Program-made: the position numbers and the translations under genes | Part shown: positions 9,201 through 16,350 of the stretch, piece after piece | Position numbering within the stretch: the stretch's first letter is position 1 | Layout: the number at the start of each line of letters is the position of its first letter | Notes under the pieces: model-generated | Database searches by the model: none | What the model was told of the DNA's origin: nothing | Seen by the model: only the letters and a program-made list of their open reading frames with translations | NCBI GenBank assembly: GCA_963664025.2 | Contig: OY760861.2 | Coordinates: forward strand, 1,822,741 to 1,886,740 | Length of the DNA: 64,000 bases | From: Tepidiformaceae bacterium | GTDB lineage: Bacteria > Chloroflexota > Dehalococcoidia > Tepidiformales > Tepidiformaceae | Direction of reading: 5' to 3'

Positions 9201-9912
9201 CAAGGTCGGCTGCTGCTACAGGATCGCGCTCGGAGAGAGCGCCAAGCGCCCGCAACGCTTCAACTGCGGCGAGTGGGCCGGTTTTGACCGCTGCCGCGAG
9301 TTCGCGAAGGGCGCGATCACCCACAGACCCAGCGGTCCCGCGACGGGACGGCCGTTCCAACGAACGAAGCAGTGTGTCGAGTTGCCCCTGGTCTTCAGTC
9401 TCTCTCCGCACCAGCGGGCCGATGTCGACCTCACGCTCGACCTCAACCGTCTCTGCTTCTCTGCGATACAGACGCCAGCGGAGGCCATCCGTGAGGGCAC
9501 CGACAGTGTCGGGGTTTGCCGCCGCGTGGTCTCGCAGATACCGCACAGCTTGCCGGTGGGGCATCTCGACTCGGTCCCCGGATGGCGCTTTGTCGAAGTC
9601 GGTAGCGAGCGGCTTGGCTTCGACAATTGCCCGGGCCGGTCCGCCTTCCGTTATCTCCCGCGTATAGAGCACATAGTCAGGCCGGTTCCCCAAGTCACGT
9701 TCCTCGCGGCGGACGTACGCTGCCTCATAGAGGTGGAACACCAGCGGGTCGATGAGTTGCAGCCGCGCGTCTTCTTCCGTGTCCTTATCCTGCGAATGCA
9801 GGCCAGCCAGGACGCGATACCCGTTTCGGAGTCTGGCAACCAGTTCGGCTTCACTCGGCACAGGGCGCGGATGATACAGGAATATCCCGCTAGCGCCCCC
9901 CGCGCGCAGCAC
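6292..9912 (-). CDS. fused restriction endonuclease / N6-adenine DNA methyltransferase (Type IIG/IIL-like, MmeI/Eco57I-type architecture)
   Basis: N-terminal HsdR_N-like PD-(D/E)xK (LIDPLV..., RPDYVLY...AIVEAKP). FLNGSLFE helical-domain motif. YYTPMDV, motif I FDPAVGSGAFLLAV and motif IV VIGNPPYQSY. Long C-terminal putative target-recognition region. G+C visibly lower than flanks. The start (GTG 9912) is uncertain. Confidence 0.75.
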   Translation of the reverse strand: MLRAGGASGIFLYHPRPVPSEAELVARLRNGYRVLAGLHSQDKDTEEDARLQLIDPLVFHLYEAAYVRREERDLGNRPDYVLYTREITEGGPARAIVEAKPLATDFDKAPSGDRVEMPHRQAVRYLRDHAAANPDTVGALTDGLRWRLYRREAETVEVEREVDIGPLVRRETEDQGQLDTLLRSLERPSRRGTAGSVGDRALRELAAAVKTGPLAAVEALRALGALSERDPVAAADLEGQERDQVLTDWIEHAHGDGPEIPTSEGEQTLLDPPRVRLAAVRLKHNESGLVRAEVARCARILASQSSKRVAVVFVWHAGSDGSIEARLAVAQGRRVAMTQPFDPDLPPPAARRAVTRVLELTRRSEVAYQTLVAPLDVLPLQRSFYEQVRAWIRRLRHDEGVFLGSLGEGDRHEVLLRHLIRTLFVWILKEEDKLPSALFQAAFVEEHAILNYHEGVLRFLFHERLNTEYRDRKAHSIDAVTAEFVDVPFLNGSLFEAREGDTRLTLRNSDYWSDDAKTPGLFDLLGHYHWTADEQRPEEREQTLDPELLSNLFEQMLADPLLEAQDAEKKKGTVKAPDGAYYTPMDVTAEMAADALVAAVRNYVPTSVSNKELLDLFRDPDAELPDISLTRRAQLLRRIAELRVFDPAVGSGAFLLAVLQALRTALHKLHQDDTDQTRIIITEQLHGQDINPMAAQIARLRLFIALQHAERNVTDPAPLPNLEARIVCADTLFTHPAEGYDPFAPASAETLASADPWTRTVLENALQNIAEVRQQWPNAHSEGTKRSRRSEDRVAREELRKHLDDTFLSSDALAELQALADHPLLELAHDEAASIDPRLLFAQAEGNWQGFDVVIGNPPYQSYRKSDIGDTERDALKARGYRTTSTSDIYTLFCEAALALARPNGVVTMVVPLSIAFGRQERALRAVFEERCRFVRTRHYDNIPDTIFNQHPLFKEWKNKQRATIFTAVRGEGPPAITTSALLRWPVADRASVLPIRPELPLPHGEDSVVRGQWPRVPHEAVAKMIRAVANEPTTIEYLRNQASGGDSPCQLSLPPTGWYFVSALPPGTRNAAAQLLMSLPDEDTRKLAIAALNGHVAYGWWRAFGDGYHVKLSDFAGLTIPSAWLDGRDLDRALSLGEELIEAIPDSIKAKKNAGKEWPNVDFFESRPDLIAELDRFHIESLGLDATELLPHLRQMRSRRAWAFS

Positions 9913-9950
9913 GTAGCATCGCGCGCACCAATCCGGTGTGAGGCGTGACT

Positions 9951-10421
9951 ATGGCTGAGACGGCGACTTTGCAGGTGGGCGACGCGGCCCCTGATTTCGA
10001 GCTTCCCCAGAGCCCCATGGGCGACCCGGGGCCGTTCAAGTTGAGCGACCATCGCGGGACGACGGTGGTGATTAACTTCGTGCCGGCGGCGTTCTCGCCG
10101 GTGTGCAGCAACCAGCTGCCCATCATCGAGGAGCGGCTGGGCGGGCTCGATGGGGCGGTGACGGTGGCGATCGCGACGGACAACACGTGGACGCTGGCGG
10201 CGTGGGCGGAGCAGGCGGGGGTGAGCTACCCGGTGCTGAGCGACTTCAACCCGATCGGCGCGACGGCGGAGGCGTACGGCGTGCTGCTGCCGGGCATGAA
10301 CATGGCGAACCGCGTCGTGGTCGTGGTCGATGGCGAGGGCAAGGTGGCGCACATCGAGGCGGCGGCGGCGGTCGTCGAGCTGCCGGACTACGGTCCGGTG
10401 CTCGCCTGCGTCGCGGGCTGA
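9951..10421 (+). CDS. peroxiredoxin (AhpC/TSA-Bcp family)
   Basis: MAETATLQVGDAAPDFELP...VVINFVPAAFSPVCSNQLP carries the peroxidatic Cys motif. I prefer the ATG at 9951 (GAGG 7 nt upstream) over the GTG at 9945. Confidence 0.85.
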   Translation: MAETATLQVGDAAPDFELPQSPMGDPGPFKLSDHRGTTVVINFVPAAFSPVCSNQLPIIEERLGGLDGAVTVAIATDNTWTLAAWAEQAGVSYPVLSDFNPIGATAEAYGVLLPGMNMANRVVVVVDGEGKVAHIEAAAAVVELPDYGPVLACVAG

Positions 10422-10429
10422 CGCCCGCT

Positions 10430-10585
10430 GAGGAGAGCGCGCGGCTGGCGCCGCGCTGAGTGTGAGGAGAGCGCGCCGCTGGCGCCGCGCTGAGTAGCGA
10501 GTGGGGCGATTCACTCGTTCCTCAGCCGCGCGTGAGCGCGGCGCTCTTCTCTCACTCAGCCGCGCGCCAGCGCGGCGCTCTCCTA
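10430..10585. repeat. REP/BIME-like composite palindromic element, two copies head-to-head between convergent genes
   Basis: Two GAGGAGAGCGC..GCGCTGAG units (10430-10460, 10464-10494), a centre AGCGAGTGGGGCGATTCACTCGTTCC, then two reverse-complement units (10522-10584). The element overlaps the ADH stop codon. Confidence 0.85.
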
Positions 10586-11653
10586 GAACATGAGGACGCT
10601 GCGGTTGACTTCGCCGGCCTTGAGGGCGTCGTAGGCTTCGTTGATCTGGGTGAGTTCGTAGCGGCGGGAGATGAGTTCGTCGATCTTGAGGCGGCCCTGG
10701 CGGTAGAGCTCCATGAGCCAGGCCATGTCGTAGGTCTGGCGGGTGGAGCCGTAGAAGCTGCCGATCATGCCTTTTTCGTTGAGGAAGGCGGCTCCGGGGA
10801 GGGTGACCTGGGAGTCGAAGGGCAACATGCCGACGACGACGGCGCGTCCGCCGCGCTTGGCCATCTCGAAGCACTGCTCGGCGGTCTTGACGAGGCCGAT
10901 GGCCTCGAAGGCGTAGTCGACGCCGCCGCGGACGAGGCCCTTGACGGCCTCGACGGGGTCGCCCTTGGAGGCGTCGACGACGTCGGTGGCGCCGAATTCG
11001 CGGGCGGCGGCGAGCTTGTTTTCGAGCATGTCGACGGCGATGACGCGGGAGGCGCCGGCGGCGACGGCGCCCTGGATGACGTTGAGGCCGACGCCGCCGC
11101 AGCCGACGACGGCGACGGTCTGGCCGGCCTGGACGCGGGCGGTGTTGGTGGCGGCGCCGACGCCGGTCATGACGCTGCAGCCGACGAGGGCGGCGGCTTC
11201 CATGGGCACGTCGTCGGGGACGTGGACGAGGGCGGTGTCGCTGACGAGCTGGCGTTCGGCGAAGGCGGACATGCCGGCGAACTGGGTGACGGGCTGGCCG
11301 CTCATGCTGAGGCGGTCCTGGCGGCCGAGGCGGTTGGTGTTGAAGCAGAGGAAGGGGCGGCCCTGGACGCAGCTGTCGCAGTGGCCGCAGGAGGCGACGA
11401 AGGCGACGACGACGCGGTCGCCGGGCTGGACGTTGACGACCTCGTCGCCGATCTGCTCGACGACGCCGGCGGACTCGTGTCCGAGGACGGCGGGGCAGGC
11501 CATGGGGTACTTGCCCTCCATGAAGTGGAGGTCGGAGTGGCAGACGCCGGTGGCGCTGGTGCGGATGAGGACCTCGTTGGCGCGGGGCTCGTCGACTTCG
11601 ACATCCTCGATGACAAGGGGCTGATCGACGCCGTACATGACTGCGGCTTTCAT
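10583..11653 (-). CDS. zinc-dependent alcohol dehydrogenase family protein
   Basis: MKAAVMYG...SATGVCHSDLHFMEG...GHESAGVVEQIG shows Zn-ADH motifs, plus the Rossmann motif VAVVGCGGVGL. AAGGAG RBS is present. Confidence 0.85.
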   Translation of the reverse strand: MKAAVMYGVDQPLVIEDVEVDEPRANEVLIRTSATGVCHSDLHFMEGKYPMACPAVLGHESAGVVEQIGDEVVNVQPGDRVVVAFVASCGHCDSCVQGRPFLCFNTNRLGRQDRLSMSGQPVTQFAGMSAFAERQLVSDTALVHVPDDVPMEAAALVGCSVMTGVGAATNTARVQAGQTVAVVGCGGVGLNVIQGAVAAGASRVIAVDMLENKLAAAREFGATDVVDASKGDPVEAVKGLVRGGVDYAFEAIGLVKTAEQCFEMAKRGGRAVVVGMLPFDSQVTLPGAAFLNEKGMIGSFYGSTRQTYDMAWLMELYRQGRLKIDELISRRYELTQINEAYDALKAGEVNRSVLMF

Positions 11654-11686
11654 GGCATGGCTCCTTGGGGCGAGTTGGCGGGCGGG

Positions 11687-11692
11687 ATTCTA
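11687..11692 (-). promoter_or_regulatory. candidate -10 box TAGAAT for the ADH gene
   Basis: On the minus strand the sequence reads TAGAAT-N21-AAGGAG-N7-ATG. It fits the TAnnnT pattern recurring upstream of many genes in this window. Confidence 0.35.
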
Positions 11693-11808
11693 CGGGATTG
11701 GGGGATGGCTGACAGGGCACGGACGGGTGCGGACGGCGAGCCGGTATAGCTTGAATCAAGATTTGCGATTGGCAAAGGTTAGAGGGCTCGTGCTAGGCTC
11801 CAGCATTC

Positions 11809-14178
11809 ATGCGGGCAACGGTTGTGCTGGGGCTGGGGGGCGTGGCGCTGGCGGCGCTGGTCGCGCTGGGGTGGGCGGGGCTGGCTGAGGGTGAAAGCGA
11901 CGGGACGGTGTGCACGCGCACCACGGGCGACAGAGTCTTGGATCCCGGCATCTACCAAGTGGCGGGAGGACTGGTCTCGGGGCTGCCAGCCGAGTCTGGC
12001 ACGCTGGTTTTCGAGTCACTAAGTGAACGGCAGGAGTGGGTTGTCCCCGTGGGCACGACCATCCTCAAGCGGGCAACCGTTCCCCACGGCGCGAAGAGTT
12101 GGAGCGCCACACTCACGGTACGCATAGACGCGGACGAATGCCCGTCACGCTGGATCACCAACCTGTGGGGTGTGCGCCTCTACGACCTGCCTGACCCCGA
12201 GCCCGATCCTGAGCCGAAGCCTGACCCTACTCCGACGCCAACGCCGACTCCTACACCGACGCCTACCCCAACACCGACTCCAGAGGCCGCACCCGAACCG
12301 ATATCCGAGCACCCCTCTGGTCCCCACGTCTGCATGACGACAGAAAGAACGCGGACGAAGCTCGGTGAGCACTACAGAGGCGTTGCACACGTAGCGCTGA
12401 AGGACGGCGCGCCACACGTGACCGTTACTTTGGCGCTCGTGCTGCTGGATAGTCTTGGCAATCGTCTTGCGGATGCTGAGGGTGACCCATACAAGCCGTC
12501 GGCAAAATCGGTTGAATTGAGCGAGCGCATCAAGCCTCCCGATCACCATGACGAGTACCATGCTGTGTGGTGGCACGAGGCGACTGTGTCAGTGCTGCGC
12601 GGGGAGAACTGCTCTAGCGTAGAGATCAGCGAATTGAAGGTGACGCCAGACGGTATGTCACCTGAGCCCCCAACTCCCACCCCTATTCCATCTCCCGCAA
12701 CAGCATCATCGCCAGTCCAGCCAGATCGCACCCCAACAGAGGCAAGTCCAGCGGCGGCGGAAGGCGGGATGCTGCGGAACGGCGGGTTCGAGCGAGGAAC
12801 GGTGAGATGGAGCAGGAGTGGCGGGAGCTTCACGGTCTCGGGTGAGCCGCCTGTTGCCGTGCTGCGCGCTACCACGAGCCGCACGGTGTGGCTGTGGCAG
12901 GCGGTCGTGGTGGAGGGTGGGGGGTGGTATGAGGCGGGGGCGCGGGCGCGGGTGGATGGGGCGGGGGAGGCGTTCGCGCGGATCGCGTGGTATGCGTCGG
13001 CGGACGCCAGCGGGTCGCAGATGGAGACGGTGACGGGAGAGGGGACGGTGGGCGCGGAGTGGACGGCGATCGCGGTGGGTCCGGAGCAGGCGCCCGCGGA
13101 GGCGCGGTCGGCGGTGTTGCGGTTGATGCTGCGGCCCGCATCGGGGGCGGGAGCGGTGGCGGCTTTCGACGAGGCCTGGTTCGCGGTCGCCGAAGCGCCT
13201 ACTCCGACTCCCACGCCCACGCCGACGCCGACGCCCACACCGACGCCGACGCCGACGGCAACGCCCACTTCGCCCCCTACTCCGACGCCGACGCCGACGC
13301 CGGCAGCCGCGCCAGCTTCGACGCCGACGGCTGTCGCGGCGCGGACGCCCGCTCCGGCAACGGGCACGGCGGTCAGGGATGACGAAATGGGCGGGGGCGC
13401 TGCGGTGGGGGGCGGGGCGGGGGGGCTGCGGTTGTCGGAGGTGCTGGCGGACGCGGTTGAGCCGGGGATTGACAGGGCGTACGAGTGGGTCGAGCTGGTG
13501 AACGTGTCGGACGCGGTGGTGAGCACGGCGGGGTGGGCGATCGGGGACGCGGGGGCGGTCGATGCGCTGCCGGCGGTCGAGGTGCCGCCGGGCGGGTACG
13601 TGGTGGTGGCGGCGGAGGCGGCGGTGTTGCCGGTGAACGTGCTGGTCGCGCGGACGCCGGACGGGACGATCGGGAACGGGCTGAACAACACGGGGGACGC
13701 GGTGCGGCTGGTGTCGCCCGCGGGGGTGGTCGTCGATGCGCTCTCGTTCGGGGAGAATAGGGACGTGTTCGATTCGCCTCCCCCTGCCGCCGTCGCGGGC
13801 GCGACGCTCGGCGCGCATTCCCCGGATAGCGGGGGCGCGGGCGGGCCAGCGCGCTGGGCCGTGACCCTGCGGCCCTCGCCGGGCGCGCCCAACGCCTTCC
13901 CCCCGCCGACGGCGACGGCGACGCCCGCGGAAAGCGTCGCGCTGGGGGCGAGCGGCGAGCCTCCCGCAACGGCTCCGTCGCAGCCGGACGCGGACGGCAT
14001 CGCGGAGGCATTCCCCGGAACGGCGGGGGGCGCGGGCGCGCGCTTCGAGCAGACGCCGCGGGAGTTCACGTCGTGGCTGGTGCTGGGGGCGGTGGCGGGG
14101 CTGAGCGGCACGGTCTCGGCGGTCGCGCTGGGGGGCGCCTGGCGCGCGAGCGGGGGGAGGCGGCGGCGTGGCGGTTGA
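11809..14178 (+). CDS. secreted/anchored multidomain protein: two Cys-bracketed N-terminal domains, Pro/Thr linkers, CBM-like jelly-roll, lamin-tail domain (LTD), C-terminal TM anchor
   Basis: N-terminal signal/TM. (TP)n linkers. GGFERGT...WYEAGARARV region is CBM_4_9-like. LRLSEVL...YEWVELVN...GWAIGD...LNNTGDAVRLVSPAGVVVDALSFG is typical of LTD. Hydrophobic C-terminus followed by RRRRGG. Confidence 0.7.
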   Translation: MRATVVLGLGGVALAALVALGWAGLAEGESDGTVCTRTTGDRVLDPGIYQVAGGLVSGLPAESGTLVFESLSERQEWVVPVGTTILKRATVPHGAKSWSATLTVRIDADECPSRWITNLWGVRLYDLPDPEPDPEPKPDPTPTPTPTPTPTPTPTPTPEAAPEPISEHPSGPHVCMTTERTRTKLGEHYRGVAHVALKDGAPHVTVTLALVLLDSLGNRLADAEGDPYKPSAKSVELSERIKPPDHHDEYHAVWWHEATVSVLRGENCSSVEISELKVTPDGMSPEPPTPTPIPSPATASSPVQPDRTPTEASPAAAEGGMLRNGGFERGTVRWSRSGGSFTVSGEPPVAVLRATTSRTVWLWQAVVVEGGGWYEAGARARVDGAGEAFARIAWYASADASGSQMETVTGEGTVGAEWTAIAVGPEQAPAEARSAVLRLMLRPASGAGAVAAFDEAWFAVAEAPTPTPTPTPTPTPTPTPTPTATPTSPPTPTPTPTPAAAPASTPTAVAARTPAPATGTAVRDDEMGGGAAVGGGAGGLRLSEVLADAVEPGIDRAYEWVELVNVSDAVVSTAGWAIGDAGAVDALPAVEVPPGGYVVVAAEAAVLPVNVLVARTPDGTIGNGLNNTGDAVRLVSPAGVVVDALSFGENRDVFDSPPPAAVAGATLGAHSPDSGGAGGPARWAVTLRPSPGAPNAFPPPTATATPAESVALGASGEPPATAPSQPDADGIAEAFPGTAGGAGARFEQTPREFTSWLVLGAVAGLSGTVSAVALGGAWRASGGRRRRGG

Positions 14179-15688
14179 GCGGCTCCAGAAGATCCTGTCG
14201 AACGCGGGGGTCGCCTCGCGGCGATCGGCGGAGGCGATGATCGTGGCCGGGCGCGTGGCCGTGAACGGCGAGACGCGGGACACGCTGGGCGCGCGCGCGG
14301 ACCCGGAGCGGGACGAGATCACGGTGGACGGGACGCCCGTGGTGCGGGAGCGCTACCGCTACGTGGCGCTGCACAAGCCCGCGGGCGTGCTCTCGACGAC
14401 GCGGGACGAGCGCGGGCGGCCCACGGTCGTCTCGCTGGTGGATGCGCCGGAAGCGACGCTGCATCCGGTGGGGCGGCTGGACCAGGCGAGCGAGGGGCTG
14501 ATCCTGCTGACGAACGACGGGACGCTGACGGAGCTGCTGACGCATCCGCGGCACGAGGTGCGGAAGGAGTACCTCGTGGCCATCGACCAGCCGCTGGGGA
14601 AGAAGGGGCGGGCGCAGCTGACGCGCGGCGTCTGGCACGAGGGCGAGCGGCTGAAGGCGGACGCGGTGCGGGTGGTGAGCCCGGGCGGATCGCCGGAGCG
14701 TCCCGACCCGCGCTGGCTGCTGGTGGCGCTGCACGGGGGGCGGAAGCGCGAGATCCGGCGGATGCTCTCGATCGTGGGGCGGCGGGTGGTGACGCTGCGG
14801 CGCATCCGCATCGGGCCGCTGGCGCTGGGCGCGCTGGCCCCGGGGGAGAGCCGCGACCTGACGCCGGAGGAGGTGCAGGCGCTGTACGAAGCGGCGAAGC
14901 GGGCGGAGGGGCGCGAGCGCGGCAGCATGGCGGCCTCGCAGATGGAGCCGCCGCCGCCGCCGCATCCGATCGCCATCGACGGGCCCGCCGCCTCGGGCAA
15001 GAGCACGCTCGCGCGGGCGCTGGCGGAGCGCTTCGGCCACGTGCTGCTGGATACGGGGCTGATGTACCGCGCGGTCGCGCTGGCGGCGCTGCGCGCGGGC
15101 GCGCCCGCGAGCGACGAGGCGGCCTGCGCGGCGATCACGCGCGAGGGCGGGCTGAAGCTGGCGGTCAAGGGGCGGGAGGCGCGCGTCCTCCTTGATGGCG
15201 AGGACGTGACGGACCTGCTGCGCGCGCCCGACGTGGAGGCGAACGTGAGCGCCTACGCGGCCATCGCGGAGGTGCGGCGGGAGCTGGTGGCGCAGCAGCG
15301 GCTGTTCGCGGCGCAGCGCCCGTGCGTGCTGGTGGGGCGCGACATCGGGTCGGTGGTGCTGCCGGGCGCGCCCGTGAAGTTCTACCTGGAGGCGCCGGAG
15401 GCGGTGCGGGCGGCGCGGCGGGGGGCGCAGGCGGCGGAGTGGGGCGAGCGCCAGACGGCGGGCGAGGCGGGGCGCGACATCGGCGGGCGCGACGCGACGG
15501 ACAGCACGCGCGCGACGAGCCCGCTGGTCGCGCCGGAGGGCGCGATCACGCTGGACAGCGGCGAACTGGACGTTGATGCGATGATTGCGGCGGCGATCGC
15601 GGCCATCGAGGCGATCGAGTCACCCAAGGCAATCCAGGCAATCACGGCAATCACGGCAATCAAGGCGAACGGGGAGGGGACGGCGTGA
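14168..15688 (+). CDS. pseudouridine synthase (RluB/RsuA family, S4 domain) fused in frame to cytidylate kinase
   Basis: N-terminal half: LQKILSNAGVASRRSAEAMIVAGRVAVNGE and HPVGRLDQASEGLILLTNDG. C-terminal half from about 14927: IAIDGPAASGKSTLARALA...LDTGLMYRAV. No stop codon separates them in this frame. Confidence 0.75.
   Translation: MAVERLQKILSNAGVASRRSAEAMIVAGRVAVNGETRDTLGARADPERDEITVDGTPVVRERYRYVALHKPAGVLSTTRDERGRPTVVSLVDAPEATLHPVGRLDQASEGLILLTNDGTLTELLTHPRHEVRKEYLVAIDQPLGKKGRAQLTRGVWHEGERLKADAVRVVSPGGSPERPDPRWLLVALHGGRKREIRRMLSIVGRRVVTLRRIRIGPLALGALAPGESRDLTPEEVQALYEAAKRAEGRERGSMAASQMEPPPPPHPIAIDGPAASGKSTLARALAERFGHVLLDTGLMYRAVALAALRAGAPASDEAACAAITREGGLKLAVKGREARVLLDGEDVTDLLRAPDVEANVSAYAAIAEVRRELVAQQRLFAAQRPCVLVGRDIGSVVLPGAPVKFYLEAPEAVRAARRGAQAAEWGERQTAGEAGRDIGGRDATDSTRATSPLVAPEGAITLDSGELDVDAMIAAAIAAIEAIESPKAIQAITAITAIKANGEGTA
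15628..15663 (+). repeat. 9-bp tandem repeat (GGCAATCMN x4) in the cmk 3' end
   Basis: ggcaatcca ggcaatcac ggcaatcac ggcaatcaa encodes AIQ-AIT-AIT-AIK. The 9-bp AIx periodicity extends upstream (AIAAIEAIE). Confidence 0.8.
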
Positions 15689-16350
15689 AGCGGCTGGGAC
15701 GGTTCCTGTGGCATCGGGTCTACGTGCCCTGCTTCTACTGGTGGTCGGTGTGGACCTCGTACGGGATCCTGCTGCTGATGGCGCGGTGGCGGGTGCGGGG
15801 GCGCGGGCGGACGCCGGGGGGGGCGCTCATCCTCGCGTCGAGCCACCTGGGGAACGTGGACCCGATGATGCTGGCGATCGCGCTCGCCCCGCGCGGGCGT
15901 CGCATCCGCTTCATGGCCAAGGAGGAGTTGTTCCGCTACGTGCTCACGCCGTTCATCGTGTCGTGGGACGCGATCAAGCTGTACCGGGGGGCTTCCGACC
16001 GGGCGGCGATGCGGCAGGCGGAGGCGGTGGTGCGGAACGGGGAGTTGCTGGGGATGTTCCCCGAGGGGACGCGCAGCCGGACGGGCGAGCTCGGGCCGCT
16101 GCAGGGCGGGACGGCGCTGATCGCGCTGCGCACGAACACGCCCATCCTGCCCTGCCGCGTGTTCAACACGAACGTGCTGGGGAAGAAGGGCAACCTGTTC
16201 CCGCGCCCGGCGCTGACGGTGCGCTTCGGCGAGCCGTTCGCGGTCGAGCGCGAGCCGGGGCCGCTGGGCGCGCAGGTGGAGGCGCTGACGGAGCGGCTCC
16301 GCGCGGAGCTGGAGGCGCTGGGGGCGGAGCACGCGGCGGAGTCGGCGTGA
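15685..16350 (+). CDS. plsC: 1-acyl-sn-glycerol-3-phosphate acyltransferase
   Basis: HxxxxD motif (SSHLGNVDP) and FPEGTRSRTG motif. Start overlaps the upstream stop. Confidence 0.8.
   Translation: MKRLGRFLWHRVYVPCFYWWSVWTSYGILLLMARWRVRGRGRTPGGALILASSHLGNVDPMMLAIALAPRGRRIRFMAKEELFRYVLTPFIVSWDAIKLYRGASDRAAMRQAEAVVRNGELLGMFPEGTRSRTGELGPLQGGTALIALRTNTPILPCRVFNTNVLGKKGNLFPRPALTVRFGEPFAVEREPGPLGAQVEALTERLRAELEALGAEHAAESA

Noticed and set aside
6268-9896. 8-bp inverted match (GCTAGCGG at ~6271 / CCGCTAGC at ~9888) flanking the RM island as possible terminal inverted repeats
   Set aside because: The match is too short, is built around the self-complementary GCTAGC, and is expected by chance. No target-site duplication or transposase supports a mobile-element call.
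12220-13320. Short-period repeats (ccgacgcc/acgccgac), also at 22380-22560 and 55380-55560, that could be mistaken for a CRISPR or VNTR array
   Set aside because: They lie inside ORFs and encode (Thr-Pro)n / Pro-Thr-Ala linkers. There is no repeat-spacer organisation and there are no cas genes.
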